A stretch of DNA of 63,629 bases from Hydrolagus affinis (Eukaryota): contig JAAILG010001644.1 in NCBI GenBank assembly GCA_012026655.1, positions 1-63,629 on the forward strand, read 5' to 3'. Below the pieces are notes generated by a model. It did not search any database. It saw only the letters and a list, made by a program, of their open reading frames with translations, and had not been told where the DNA came from. Within the stretch, counting starts at the first letter, position 1. Every line of letters begins with the position of its first letter. Of the stretch, positions 49,871 through 61,451 are shown one piece after another. The position numbers were made by a program, and so were the translations under genes.

Positions 49871-50619
49871 TTAAATATATTTTTTAATATATATTAAAAA
49901 GAGAGAGGGATTTGGAAGATCTACAACCAGTAACTTACACAAGCTAACCTCAACATTAGGTAACACAAAATTTCTGCCTGGGACACTGGTTGGTCAGGGA
50001 GTGTAAAATTTAATAAGAAATCAATAATCCTAGCACAGCAAGAGGCTTCTAGCTGTTTCCCAAATCATCAACAAGTCTTTACTGAAAAAAAGCATCCTCT
50101 CCTTAGATCCCAACAGCAGTCAACAGTGACGTGAGCAATCTTCTCCCTATTCCAGTGAGTTTCCCCTCTTTGCCATCCAATTATTTAAAGTGCTTAATCT
50201 CTTTTGTGAGGTGTTTACATAAATATATGTTTTCTCTAATGGATTAGCCCGTATTCTTCAGAAGCTGCCCTCCCCAGGATATTCCCCAGTTCCCACACAT
50301 TATGCCAGAACCTCCTCTGTAACCAGAGCTTGTGTCTTTCTGTTAATTAGGGCATTAGCCACTGCCTAATAAAGAGGAGTTGGACCCTGATTCAGATGGA
50401 AAACTGTAAGAAAGCTTTGAAAGGCTTTAGCATTCCCCAGGATCTTCTAAGCACCAGTGGGAACATTGGTCTGATTGATCTAATGATCACTGCCCAATGG
50501 GCTCTCGTAAGTTATACAAACAATCAGTCTTAATATATGTGCAAACCAATAAATAGATCACTATTTCACAGCAAAAAAATATAGACACCAGAAACTGATA
50601 AGCATTTAAGATCATCAGA

Positions 50620-51058
50620 GAGCCTCCCTCCATGGATTTGTTGGTAAAGGCAGAGCCTATTGTAAAACTAAACTATCCATACTTGAAATGTTCCATGTTT
50701 TATTCCATGTTTCATTGTGTCAGATCATTTCAAGCTGGTCTTGCAGTAAGGACTCAACCCTCCAATTGATCTGAACAACCCTGTCCTGGCTTAGGTGGAA
50801 AAAAATTCAGCAAGGATTATTCACTAGAGACTACACATATGTTGATGTGGGATGCAGACAAGATTGAGGCTTGGCTGTGAATTAACCCCCTCCCATACAG
50901 ATACACACACACTTGCACATAGACACAAAGAGATGAAATTGAATGGTTAGGAAACATTCATATGAAGAATAACTCCTTCAGCAAGGCAGCGGACAGTAGC
51001 TATTCCTTGTGAAACTGTTTTCCATCAACAGTTAGTGCCTTCAGGAGAGGAGAAAATT
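50620..51058 (+). mobile_element. SINE family B near full-length copy
   Basis: cctccctccatggatttgttggtaaaggca...ggcttggctgtga...catatgaagaat...gtgccttcaggagaggagaaaatt. Confidence 0.6.
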
Positions 51059-51999
51059 CCGGTGGGGAAGGGAAAAACATCACTGAGCAAAACAGTTTGT
51101 CCAGTTCTCATTCATAAGCAAAAATGATCCCTCTGCTCACAGTTTCTAATTACAGACAATAATTGGATGAATCATAAAGCAAAATCTTGAAATGTTATAG
51201 GGTGCAATAAAAATGCAAGTTCTTTCTTATGCTTAAAGGCAGAATTTGCTTACGCAAAATATTTTGCTTATTTTCATCAAATGACATCATCTGTTTTCGC
51301 AATAAAAACTCAGAGGAAGCATTATATTTTGTTTAAAAAAAAGTACAATTCAGAGGAGTAACTAGGAAAAGGCAGCTCGCGTCATTATCACCTTTCTATA
51401 GTGTTCACTTGCGCTTCCTTCCTTCTACACTGTGAGTATTAAAGGCCATCGTATTTTCCGGCATTTTCCTTAGAGAGCTGTTGAGTTTAGGTTCTAGTGG
51501 AAGTGCCTCCTATGATATGGTCACATGGCTGCCCCTTAGTGCTTTGTGTCTTAGTTACGGTGTAATAGTTGCCACCAACAAATAAGGTACATCATATCCG
51601 ATCACGCAACCCCTTTCCTCAGTCTCCTCTGGTAGGCCACCAGTAGTTTCCTCTCCAAGACAAAGACAATATCTCTATTTGAAGTTCGAACAGAAAGACA
51701 CTCGGTTCTTGTCTTTGAGGGCTGGGTGATGGGTAGGAACAGGGAATGCTGTTGACCACAGGAAAGACGAATTAATCTTTTCTCTCTGATATTGGTCAGT
51801 GTCGTGGATAACAGGAAATGTTTATACCTGCTCCATTGCCAAAGCTTCAAATGCCATCAGTCAGCCTTCCTGGGACTGTGGACAGATGTGAAGTGAATGT
51901 ACCTGAAGATGTAGGAACATTTTTTCTCTTCACCTCTCTGTGACAGTACTCTCTCCTCTCCTGAAGACTTTAGCTTACAGTGTAATGGCACAAATGGCA

Positions 52000-52071
52000 T
52001 TTAGCACCTTGGGATATCTTCAGATTTGAAAGGCCTATACATAAATGTAATTTGTTGTTGTTGCTGTTGTT
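52000..52071 (+). mobile_element. Isolated L2 3' tail
   Basis: agcaccttgggatatcttcagatttgaaaggcctatacataaatgtaatttgttgttgttg. Confidence 0.72.
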
Positions 52072-52099
52072 GGGCACCCTTCCCAAATGACCATTTCTC

Positions 52100-52315
52100 A
52101 TATCGACACATGAACAATATCCAGCAGGGGTCACTGGATAGTGATTGGAGTTGGAACCCAGGCAGATATTCCTATTGTAGTTCAGGGTCCTTTAGGCAAA
52201 CTGTACTCAGTTAAGAAAGAGCAGCACTGCACAGGAGGGGATGGAACATGGGAACCTTTCTGGCCTTTATGGCTTGGTACCAGACCAAACAGTGACTGTA
52301 TTCACCGAGCTACTG
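52100..52315 (-). mobile_element. SINE family B fragment
   Basis: tccagcaggggtcactggatagtgattggagttggaacccaggcagat. Confidence 0.6.
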
Positions 52316-52654
52316 GAAAGTGAGAACATAATGCAATATATAAAGCAGAATTACAGGGGAGGGGCAGCTTGGGGAATAATATGTCTCGCATTCAATCTGA
52401 GAGGATGCCTTTGCTCCAGGCCTCCTACAATGATGATGTACAGCCAATCTCCGAGGAGAAAGGATAGGACTGCACTCAGAATACTACAGAACTGATTCTG
52501 CATGTGATTCTGCTTCCGACTATTGCTTGGCATAATAAATACCTGGATCTTAGGGCAATATTCCTGACAAGGGTATCCGTTATTAAAAGAATACTAGTGG
52601 CAGGGGAGGTTGTGGTGGGGGGAAGGGGGAGGGGGGGGGGAATTGAAAGAAGGA

Positions 52655-52950
52655 GAGAAATCAGTCAGACTTGTTGTTCCTGGTGACTATTCAGTACTTT
52701 TGCTCCCTCCCTACACCCCCTGAAGGGAAATGCACATTTAAATGATGGATGAGTACAGGATTGGACTCAAGGCTAATGTCCTTCCCCCCCACCCCCCTCC
52801 CACCCACCACTATCACAGAGCTTCGCAACACGCACTGCCTGCGCTCACACAATAATGGCTGTCTGGGTGAGATACTGGAGGGCATCTGGCACCAATGGAA
52901 CCATACCCCTGTACAGTTTGAGCTTAGCCCTTTAGCAGAAGAAAACAGAT
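52655..52950 (+). mobile_element. SINE family B fragment
   Basis: aaatcagtcag...cctggtgactattcagt...gagtacaggattggactc...gggtgagatactggagggc...tggaaccataccc. Confidence 0.58.
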
Positions 52951-53377
52951 AATCAGAGGAAAGACATATACCCTTCTAGCCAATGAATTATTTTCAGCTG
53001 AGAGAGTGGTGAGGTTTGATCATTCACTTTTTAATTTGCGACCAACTGTAGATCTTTAAAACAACACAATTGAATAATCTGACTCAGACCATCAATCAAA
53101 GCTGCTCATCTCCTTTCCTTCATCCCGCAAGTAATTGAATTAAAATTTCCCTCAAAACCTCGATAATTAGTGGATGTATTTAACCTCAGAGAACCGCATA
53201 AGAAACGCTAACTGGATTATTCCGGAGAAGCGGCTGATCGATACCATTTGGCATTATTTTTTTTGTTGTTTTTTTCATAAAAGGTTCCACAATAAAGGCA
53301 GCAAGCAATTATGGAAATTGGACCTTAGTGGCGCTCAGTTCTTATCCCACTTGAGGGACCCACCACCACCTTGACGG

Positions 53378-53389
53378 CTAATCGATTAG
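53378..53389. promoter_or_regulatory. Palindromic P2 paired-class homeodomain site (Pax3/7-type TAATCGATTA)
   Basis: Perfect 12-bp palindrome CTAATCGATTAG in unique sequence; function untested. Confidence 0.35.
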
Positions 53390-53411
53390 TGCTCTCATGA
53401 AGGCAGCCTTG

Positions 53412-53424
53412 TGACCTTTGACCT
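53412..53424 (-). promoter_or_regulatory. Perfect DR1 nuclear-receptor element AGGTCAaAGGTCA
   Basis: Plus strand tgacctttgacct; function untested. Confidence 0.4.
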
Positions 53425-54339
53425 CCTCCCATCTCTCGTCAAACAGGAGAAAGACTGCTTCATTTTGATTGAATTAACTCCCTCCTGGTTGCAGTGTGTT
53501 TCTGTACAAGATTTTAAATCGCATTTACAGCATGTCGATGCTGGTCTCTGTGTAACATTTTGCCCCTTTTGCTAAACTCACGTCCAGATCGATTTGGTCG
53601 GTTGCGCTCAGTGATTTTATATTTTAAAAAATCTATTCCTCACAATTTCTCCATTCTCTTTTTCTAAAAAAACAAGAAACCTAAGTCGGTGGCTGAGATG
53701 CACAGAGCAGGGCACATCCGAGGTTTAAATGTGCAGACGTAAAAAAAATTATTCCAGAAGCAGTTAGGTGCTGCTCAGTCAGGAACTTAAAAGCCGATGC
53801 ATTTTTTGTTATCAGAACTAAATTACAAGCACAATCCATGTAACACAGACATTCCGAATTACACACGCACATACCCATAAAAATGACTGTCTGCCTTTGA
53901 AAAAGGTGCTGCTGATTTGGGTCAATGGGTTCTAATTTGTGAAATTTTTTAACGGAATTCCTTAAAGGCATTCCAGAATTGGATATTCCGTCTGATAACC
54001 GAAGTACATCACACCAACACTCGGGAATGCCACTCCAACAGAGTCTTGCTCTGAAATGAAGCCAACAGGATTCCTTTTTAAGGATTATAAAACACCACAA
54101 AGGGAACCCCATAGATGTAGTTCCATGGCTTAAATACTCAGTCTGGAAATGAATCAGAGAGGCTACACTCGATTCAGTCTTTGCTGAGTTAGCTGAGCTC
54201 ATGTTGGGCAACAGGGTCACTTTTTCTGGGGAAGAACAAGAAAGAATCACTGGTGAAACAGTGTAAAAATAATAAAGATTGAGATGGAGCAAAAGTGGAT
54301 GAAGGGAAGCAGTGGCTATCAGACGATGACAAATCAACA

Positions 54340-54910
54340 ATTTGCACTTGGAAGACTGCAACCTTCCACATGGGAGGAGCGTTGCCAACGCTGCACAAAG
54401 GAGTTAGAACAAGGTGGGAGATAGAAGGGTGGAAGAAAAATGACTAATAGTGAAGTCAAAGAGACAAGTTTTAGGTTCTGAAAGCAGAAAGTTAAGCGGT
54501 ATAGGAAAGGGACTTGGGGAGAGAGTTTGAGAGAGCAGAGCAATGTGGATGAAAGCTTATGTGCCAATGAGGCACCAGAGCAGTTCAGAAGCAGACAGGA
54601 GTTGGTGCAATAGATAGAATGATTGAGGGAGTGGTCAGGTGGACAAAACCATGAAGACATTCCAAGGTATGGGCAACGATTTCAATATCATTGATCTGCT
54701 GCCAAGAGGGGGACAATGGAGCTAAGTTTACAGTAAGTCATGAGTTGTTGAGGAGAAAAGCAATGATTGGCATAAAAGAGAAAACACTGTTTCCTGGAAG
54801 CTATTTAACAATGGAGGAACTGTGAGAATCCCACTTTAAGTCAGAGACAGCACAGTCCAGAAGGTTGATGGATAAAGAGGATTAAGAATGGAGCCATCAA
54901 AAGTAAGAGG
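54340..54910 (-). mobile_element. Very old L2-like fragment
   Basis: Purine-rich plus strand with gagagtttgagagagcagagcaatgtggatgaaagct, resembling reverse-complemented L2 3' sequence. Confidence 0.35.
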
Positions 54911-55584
54911 TGGGAACTGCTGGTTAGACTTGCAGGAGGCATGAATACCATGAAAGAACAAGATTAGCATTTCCCCTTCAATAGGCATGGAAGCGATCAA
55001 GAGTTAGTCACTCAACCATTGCATTGTAAGTGGAGAGAAGATTGGGATGCAGTGTGAGTGATACCTTCCCTTCCTCCCCTCAATATTGTGCATGCCCTAG
55101 ATTGGAGTCATCCTTTGTGGGAGTAGCAGCTGCCAATCTGTGTCCAAAAGCAGGCATGGTGCTATAATCTCAACAGTGCCTTATGTCCCATGGAATATAC
55201 TGATGTAAAAATGTCTGAACTGTAGGTGGAAAAGCTTGTGGAATTCTGGCAAGGTGATACGCAGACCTGATTTAAAAACCATTTCTAATCCAAAACACAT
55301 GGAATTGATGACCACAAACTCTAACCATTATAAAAAGGAGGGGTCTTTAGTTTTAATGTGACCCAAGAAAAATACACAGTGAGGCATTGAGAAGATTTAT
55401 TCAGCTGTAAAGAACCGAATGGCTATTTTCAAAAGCTGTACGTTCACCATTCAGAGATAAAGCCACACACTGGCTCAGTTCCATGTTATGTCCAAGGCTC
55501 TTGATGAATATCTAACAAGACACCTTTTTTCCAGCTCTCCTATCTACTCCTGGAGATAATGGCTAATAATGCACAATAACAGAA

Positions 55585-56215
55585 TCTTGGTACCTCATCC
55601 AAGTGTGTATTCTTCAAATCCAAGCCCTGAGTATCATCAGACTAGTCAACCTTGGAAGGATCCCAGCCAAGTCTAATCCACACTTGTATATTTTCTGTTA
55701 AGTGGGTCACTGGATAGCGACCAGAGACACCAAACATCACACAGTCTTAGCCTTGAAATGTAAGAATGCGTTCAATCTCGCCTCGCAAGCGAGAGAGCTG
55801 GGTTCGATTCCTGGTAGAGTGAAATGTTGGGAAAGTTTCCTTACTCCACAGACATCTATTACCTCACAGTAAGTGGGAACCCGGATGTTAGTCGATTGTT
55901 GAATTGCTTTTCGAGGGAAATAATTCCTTCATAAAAAAGTAATAATAATAATTTGGTCACTCAATTCAAAACTGTTTATGGGACACTGCTGTGTATAATT
56001 GTCTGACACATTTCACTCACAAAATACTCAGTCACTTTACAGTACATTCTGTGAAGTGCTCTGAGATATCTTGGAGATGTGATAAGGCACGATCCTTTTC
56101 TGCTGCTCAGGCCAGTCACTGACTATAATTTTAGCACTAACCCTGAAAGCAGCTAGCAGTGCCTAGATTAGAAATTGAACCAGGGTCCTCTCTGGCCTAT
56201 ATCGATCCATCAGGA
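55585..56215 (-). mobile_element. SINE family B copy split by a family A insertion (55585-55730 and 56100-56215)
   Basis: ggtacctcatccaagtg...gggtcactggatagcgaccag, resuming at ctcaggcc...gaaccagggtcctctctggcctat...ccatcagg. Confidence 0.55.
55745..56092 (+). mobile_element. SINE family A near full length
   Basis: ctcgcctcgcaagcgagagagctgggttcgattcctgg (B box)...aaagtttccttactc...ctgtgaagtgctctgagat...gtgataaggcac. Confidence 0.82.
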
Positions 56216-57209
56216 AAGGTTTTAGGTTGTGACCACACTGTCTGAAGGTAAATGGCTGGTCCCAGAATTAAATCAGTTTTTCTTTCAGGCATACAATTAC
56301 TACAAATTTTGGAACTCGTTAAAAAAAACCAATATGGGATGCCTTGAGGGAAAAATCCTCCACAGTTTCTTATAGTAAATAATAGCCATGTCCACCTCAG
56401 TGGAAAACCTCCCCAAAAAAAAGGTTCTTTGGAGTATTGGCGTAACTTCATCACTCTATGTTTGTCTAGATTACTCTTAGCGATATACTGGGCACTAGTT
56501 AACCGGATCCCCGTTATTGAAAAGGTATAATTTCAGAAGATTTGCATATAGCATATGAAAAAAACACAATTATGCTTGCAACCTCGGCAACCAACTTGAA
56601 CTCTTTGGAAATTGAAATATCTTTACTTAAAAAAAATACATTGAAGGTTCTTTGTCTTCATTGTTCTCATCTGTAGAACGGATTTCTTTGAATGTGCAAA
56701 GCCCGATTATGGCACGTTCAACCAATTATTTGTGTTTCCACTTTCCAAGAAGGATCAGTTGATAAAAATGTGCAAATGTGTTGTTTAATGGGTAAAAGTG
56801 TTGTCCACTGCAGTTTTGAGGATTTGAATCCTGGTTTGTGCTGCATTAGCAAATCTCATAAGACATAACAGTTGGCTGTGAGAAACCTTGTGTTATTGAC
56901 AATTAAAAAAATCAATCAGGAAGCAGATAAATAGTTAACGGTTTAGGAGTCAGTTTGGCTCAGTTGGTCATATTCTCACCTCTGAGTCAGAAGTCCCGCA
57001 CTGGGACATTGAACTCACAGTCTAGACTGACTCTAGACTAATGCTGTACTGGGACAATTACTGGGCTATTGGAGATGCCATTCTTCAGATATACATTAAC
57101 ACCTGGTTCGGGTGAGAAGGTAATTTCAAAGATTCTTACCAAAAACAAAAGGGATTTTGTCGCGGTGACCTAGAAAGTCATCCCTCAGCTGAAATTGGGC
57201 ATTCAGTTC

Positions 57210-57451
57210 ATAATAATAATATTAATAATAATAATCCCTCGAAAAAGGGTTAACCAGGCTGTGAACAAAACAATAATAAATTGGCCATTTTCAATCCGTG
57301 ACTGTTTGTGGGACACTGCTGTGTGAAATTGGCTGTCGCGTTTCGCCCACAAATATAGTCAATACACTTTCCAGTATATTCTGTGAAGCACTTTGAGATG
57401 TCTAGAAGAAGTGAAAAGTTCCATATCAAATGCAAGGATTATTATTATTAT
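57210..57451 (+). mobile_element. SINE family A, 5'-truncated, nested
   Basis: tcaatccgtgactgtttgtgggacactgctgtgtg...atatcaaatgcaaggattattattatta. Confidence 0.85.
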
Positions 57452-57512
57452 GGTGGGTTGAGGGACATTACTGAGCACAAATTGGCTGTTATATGATGTT
57501 TGCTTGCAAAAC

Positions 57513-57670
57513 GCACATAGGAATAGAAGTAGGCCATTCAGCCCCTCAAGCCTGTTCCGCCATTCTATAAGGCTGATCTGTATCTCAACTCCAACCACCC
57601 GGCCTGCCCCATATCCCTTGATATCCTGACCTAACAAATAGCTTCACTTCAGTCACGACAATTTGAACAG
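57513..57670 (-). mobile_element. CR1 3' terminal ~160 bp
   Basis: Minus strand tttgttaggtcaggatatcaagggatatgggg...gagatacagatcagcc...gaatggcggaacaggcttgaggggctgaatggcctacttctattcctatg; similar to the CR1 3' UTR at 11950-12075. Confidence 0.82.
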
Positions 57671-57679
57671 AAAAACAAC

Positions 57680-57747
57680 TTCCTTGTCGGGGAATTGAAC
57701 CCCAGTCTCCCACGTGACAGATAGGGATAATAACCACTGTATTAACA
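57680..57747 (-). pseudogene. tRNA-Asp(GTC) pseudogene, first ~4-5 nt missing
   Basis: Minus strand GTTAATACAGTGGTTATTATCCCTATCTGTCACGTGGGAGACTGGGGTTCAATTCCCCGACAAGGA is colinear with vertebrate tRNA-Asp-GTC; several changes are CpG transitions; acceptor and anticodon stems are disrupted. Confidence 0.85.
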
Positions 57748-57939
57748 GTCACTACACATTAAAGTAGAATTTTGTGATGTGTTTTGACACATCTGGAAGT
57801 ATTATTATCAAGTATTATTATTTAAAGATCATGCCTGTTCCTCATGTCTCCCTCTCTTCCCCCCAACCCCAACACCACCACAGAGGTCAAATAATATATC
57901 AAAATGCAATGATTATTATTAACTCATGAATGCAGGTAA

Positions 57940-58092
57940 ATTACTGAGCCAAGATCAATTGCCCATTCTGCTATCCTGACTTCAATGACCTAGCTCAACA
58001 TAGAGCAGGGATTAAACCATGGTCCTTTCCTGTCTGCATGGCTCAATTCAGCACTATCTAGTGTCTTTATAAACTGAGTCATCACAGGAGCT
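57940..58092 (-). mobile_element. SINE family B 5' fragment
   Basis: tcctttcctgtctgcatggctcaattcagcact...aactgagtcatcacaggag. Confidence 0.5.
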
Positions 58093-59489
58093 TTCAAGGT
58101 CTATAGTTTGGAATCCTATTTGAAAGTCATTCATTCCCCACAGTCAGACTTGCTGTTTTTTAAAACCGAACTGGAGGTAGTGAGAGGGTTAACCAGGCTG
58201 TGAATTAAAGTTGAACAGTTACTGAAATCAGTCTTTAGTTTTAAAGTAGGACTTCTGCAGCCATCTGTTAAATCTGACAAGGTCTGCGTTTTATTTGGAC
58301 AATGTTATTAATAATGAAGTGATGCATGAGTGCCGTATTCTCTTCCTTCTTAATAATAATATTTATGGGACATTTCCAGAGAAATTATGTGGTGTCTATC
58401 CTTTTTCAGGCCGTAAAAAATTCAGCATTCCGTGGTATCGTGTCCTAGAGTCTGTCACAACTCTGGGACGCACTACAACACAATGGATGCAGAGAGCTGA
58501 ATTCACAGGAATAAAAATAGCCTCAATACATTTTTACTCTCAGACCCTAAAATACACACTTCTTAAACATTCCTTTGCCATACTGCAAACTAGTGTTACT
58601 TCACTTGTCTTCTCTCCCCACCCCCGGCTCTCCTCTCTCACTTCCTCACCCTCACCTATATACCATTCTTCAATTCCTTACTTAAGACCCTCTGACCAAT
58701 TTAATTCCCCTGAATCCCATGGTAAAAACAGAGCTCTTTCTCACCACGTGCAAGCATGTTTCTGCTTTCACTGGCGACATGCTGGAGCCAGAGCCTTCCG
58801 TTCATGGGAAACATTGCTACGTGTGTCGCTAAAAACAACACAAACACAGCCCGCAAATCCCCCCATCACCCCCACCCCCCCACCCCTCCTCCTTCTCCTC
58901 CTCCCCGCTCCACTGCTCACACTGAACTCATCAGCGCCTGAGATTTATTACAGGCAATGGCCAAACTAAGGCTTAATTCACAGCTACCTACAATGACACT
59001 AGTGATAGGAAGCACAATCCTACTTTCTATTCTGCTACCTTTTACCCTGTGTGGGACTCTGAAACCTCTAGATGCTTATCCCTTTAAAGGCAATTTAAAA
59101 TGCTTCATAAATTCCTTCTTTGAATACTCATTTCCTTTTTTTAAAAAAAGATTACAAATAATTTTCTTCTCACTGTACTTCACCATAAGTGAGATTTTTT
59201 GTACAACAACGCATTCTGACTCATAGTGTGAGTATCGGATCAGTCATATGCATTTGTTAATAATTGTGGCCTTTTGTTGGGATTTCCAATTAAACACAAG
59301 TATTAGTGATCCGCGCAAGATAGCGAGTTTCAAAAGTCAAGTGTATCTAAATTGAATTTTAATTTTCCCGCTGGCTAAAAAAAGGCCAGCTTCCTGGTGG
59401 TCGGGTCAGCAAATTCACTTTCTGCATGTTGTGCGTCTGCAGGAAGGACCGCTGACGTAAGTGACACAGAAAAAATGATGCCGGGGTGT

Positions 59490-59769
59490 GGAGTCCTGTA
59501 GCTCAGTGGTTAAAGCACTTGCCTCACAAGTGAGAGACCTGGGTTCAATTCCCGGCAGGGCGAAGCGTTGGACAAGTTTCCTTACTCTACACGCCCAACA
59601 ATAATCAATCCCCAAAAGATTGTCATTTCAACCCACAACTGTTTGTGAACACTGCTGTGCGCAATTGGCTGCTGCGTTTCACCCACAGACATACTTTACA
59701 GTACGTTCTGTGAAGTGCTTTGAGACGTGAAAAGCGCTATATCAAATGCAAGGATTATTATTATTATTA
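59490..59769 (+). mobile_element. SINE family A with intact tRNA-like head and internal deletion
   Basis: gagtcctgtagctcagtggttaaagcacttgcctcacaagtgagagacctgggttcaattcccggcagggc (A and B boxes)...gtgaaaagcgctatatcaaatgcaagga(tta)n. Confidence 0.88.
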
Positions 59770-60019
59770 TCAGCCAATTTTCCATGCTTCATAATATCTC
59801 TTGACCTGAGACATTGGACTGTCAACCGCATTAGAAAAGGTTGTCCTGTAGTGATTAAATAAATTGCAATTCATCACTGCATTAAAAGAACAGACAATCT
59901 AACAGTACTTTTCTCACTGAGTTTATTTATTGTGGGTACCACACAGTGATTGCCAAAAATATAGCAATCTTTTCATTAAATGTTTATAAGGACATAATAG
60001 AACCTTGTAAATATCTGAG

Positions 60020-60330
60020 GCATACCAGCCAGGAAGTCTGAGGTTCATGTCCCAGTCTGTGCTGAGTTCGAAGATTTCTGCCAGGGCAGCCATTCTGAGG
60101 GTACAATTAGCCTAACTGGCCTGGGCCAGAGAGAGGAAAATTCTCTACTGGAAGTGGCCGTGTGTGGATATGGTCCTAGGATAGGACTGGGTTCATTTGT
60201 GATTTCCCCAAAATAGCTATTGAAACACACATTAATAAAGGTCACTTGGGTGATATATCGGAGGGCAACCGACACCTCTGGAACCATTCCAGCGCATCAG
60301 TCAACATTTTAAGGAAAGGAGGGGTGAGAA
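60020..60330 (+). mobile_element. SINE family B copy
   Basis: ccaggaagtctgaggttcatgtcccagtctgtgctgagttc...ctactggaagtggccgtgtgtgga...ggtcacttgggtga...ggaaccattccagc. Confidence 0.62.
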
Positions 60331-60744
60331 AAAGCGATCTGGATGAGCATGAAAACCTGCGTCATGTGCTGTCGCAAACCGAACCAAAGGCCTCTAAATG
60401 GAAACTACGTCAATGAAATGTCTTTGAAGACAAATCTGATAAATAGGGAAAGTCCCCAGGGTCTTGTGCTGTTGAAGCTACACGAGGACTTGTTTCTGTC
60501 AGGCTGCAAAAGCTCGATTAAATACTGTTTAAAATAGAAATGTGGTCTGTTAACCTAGTTATCAAAAAATTCAAGGTTGTTTCAATTTTTCATCATTAAT
60601 TATGTAGCATGAAATGTACAAGACCTGCACTGGCTCTCAGAATAGAAAGAGGCTAGGCTGTGCTGCAGAGGGTGTTCAGAGGCAAGCACTCCAAACTGGA
60701 AGCTCCTCTGAGGGCTTCATTGATATAATAGTGCCCAGTTTCAG

Positions 60745-61083
60745 GACTGAACCATACATGGAGGCAGGATCTGTGACTTAGTTGAAATCAGTAGTGGGAC
60801 TACAGTTGACTTTAGTACTCCTGGGTTTGAAAAGCAACTAAGTAGCCAGTGTTCTCTCTTCCTGATCTCCATCAAAATTTTTCTGCTGGAAAGTAAGTGT
60901 TTGTTTGTTCATTTTGTGAGGACAGCGTGTCTCCCAACTGTTGAGCAGCTTATTGAACAGCATTCATTGTCAAAGCTCACACACGAAGAGTGGCCTCTTA
61001 CATGAGGGAGGATGGCTAGTACGGTAGCAGGTAGCATAACTCAACTGGAGTTGGTGTGTTCACTGGAGAAGGGGAGAAAATTG
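60745..61083 (+). mobile_element. SINE family B copy
   Basis: actgaaccataca...cctgatctccatc...ctgctggaaagt...gtgaggacag...gctcacacacgaagagtggcc...ggagaaggggagaaaatt. Confidence 0.6.
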
Positions 61084-61441
61084 TAGGTGGAAGCAGAAAT
61101 CTTTGAAAAGAAAGTCAGCAAGCTATTGCTATGTCTGCTGTCCTGGTGCCTTTCTAAGCAATTAGTGAGAGAAATAATCCTCACACAGGTATATCTTGAC
61201 TACATTTTAAGGATCATACAGCAAAACCTGGCATATATTAATTACATCTACCACGGTGTAAAACTACAAGAGGTATGTCTCTTTAAGATTGCACAGGGGC
61301 AAAAATATGTGCACAATGAGGAGGTCAGTTAGAACTGGATTTTATTTTAGTGGCTTAGGCAGGAAGAAAGGTAGGGGGTAGCTGGAACATTGCCAGGCAT
61401 AAGTTAAACTTTTTAACACATTTCACTTCCTGACGTTGAAG

Positions 61442-61451
61442 CTGTCAATCA
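61442..61451 (-). promoter_or_regulatory. Pbx-Meis/Prep decamer TGATTGACAG
   Basis: Plus strand ctgtcaatca, with four more TGACA sites within 200 bp; function untested. Confidence 0.38.

Larger units (their letters stand above)
56952..57822 (+). mobile_element. DeuSINE-like host element interrupted twice (pieces 56952-57190, 57455-57512, 57744-57822)
   Basis: Head ggctcagttggtcatattctcacctctgagtcagaag; Deu-like ggagatgccattcttcagat; tail pieces gggacattactgagcacaaattggctg and aacagtcactacac...tgtgatgtgttttgacac. Confidence 0.6.

Noticed and set aside
53681-54388. 235-aa minus-strand ORF
   Set aside because: No recognisable domain, C/L/S-rich composition typical of non-coding frames, and starts in an old repeat.
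58295-58969. 224-aa plus-strand ORF
   Set aside because: TTG start, crosses C-rich low-complexity tracts, no recognisable homology.
59490-59562. tRNA-like sequence as a functional tRNA gene
   Set aside because: It is the head of SINE family A and continues into the SINE body and tail.
60446-60457. Perfect NF-kB site GGGGACTTTCCC (minus)
   Set aside because: Single isolated motif with no supporting context.
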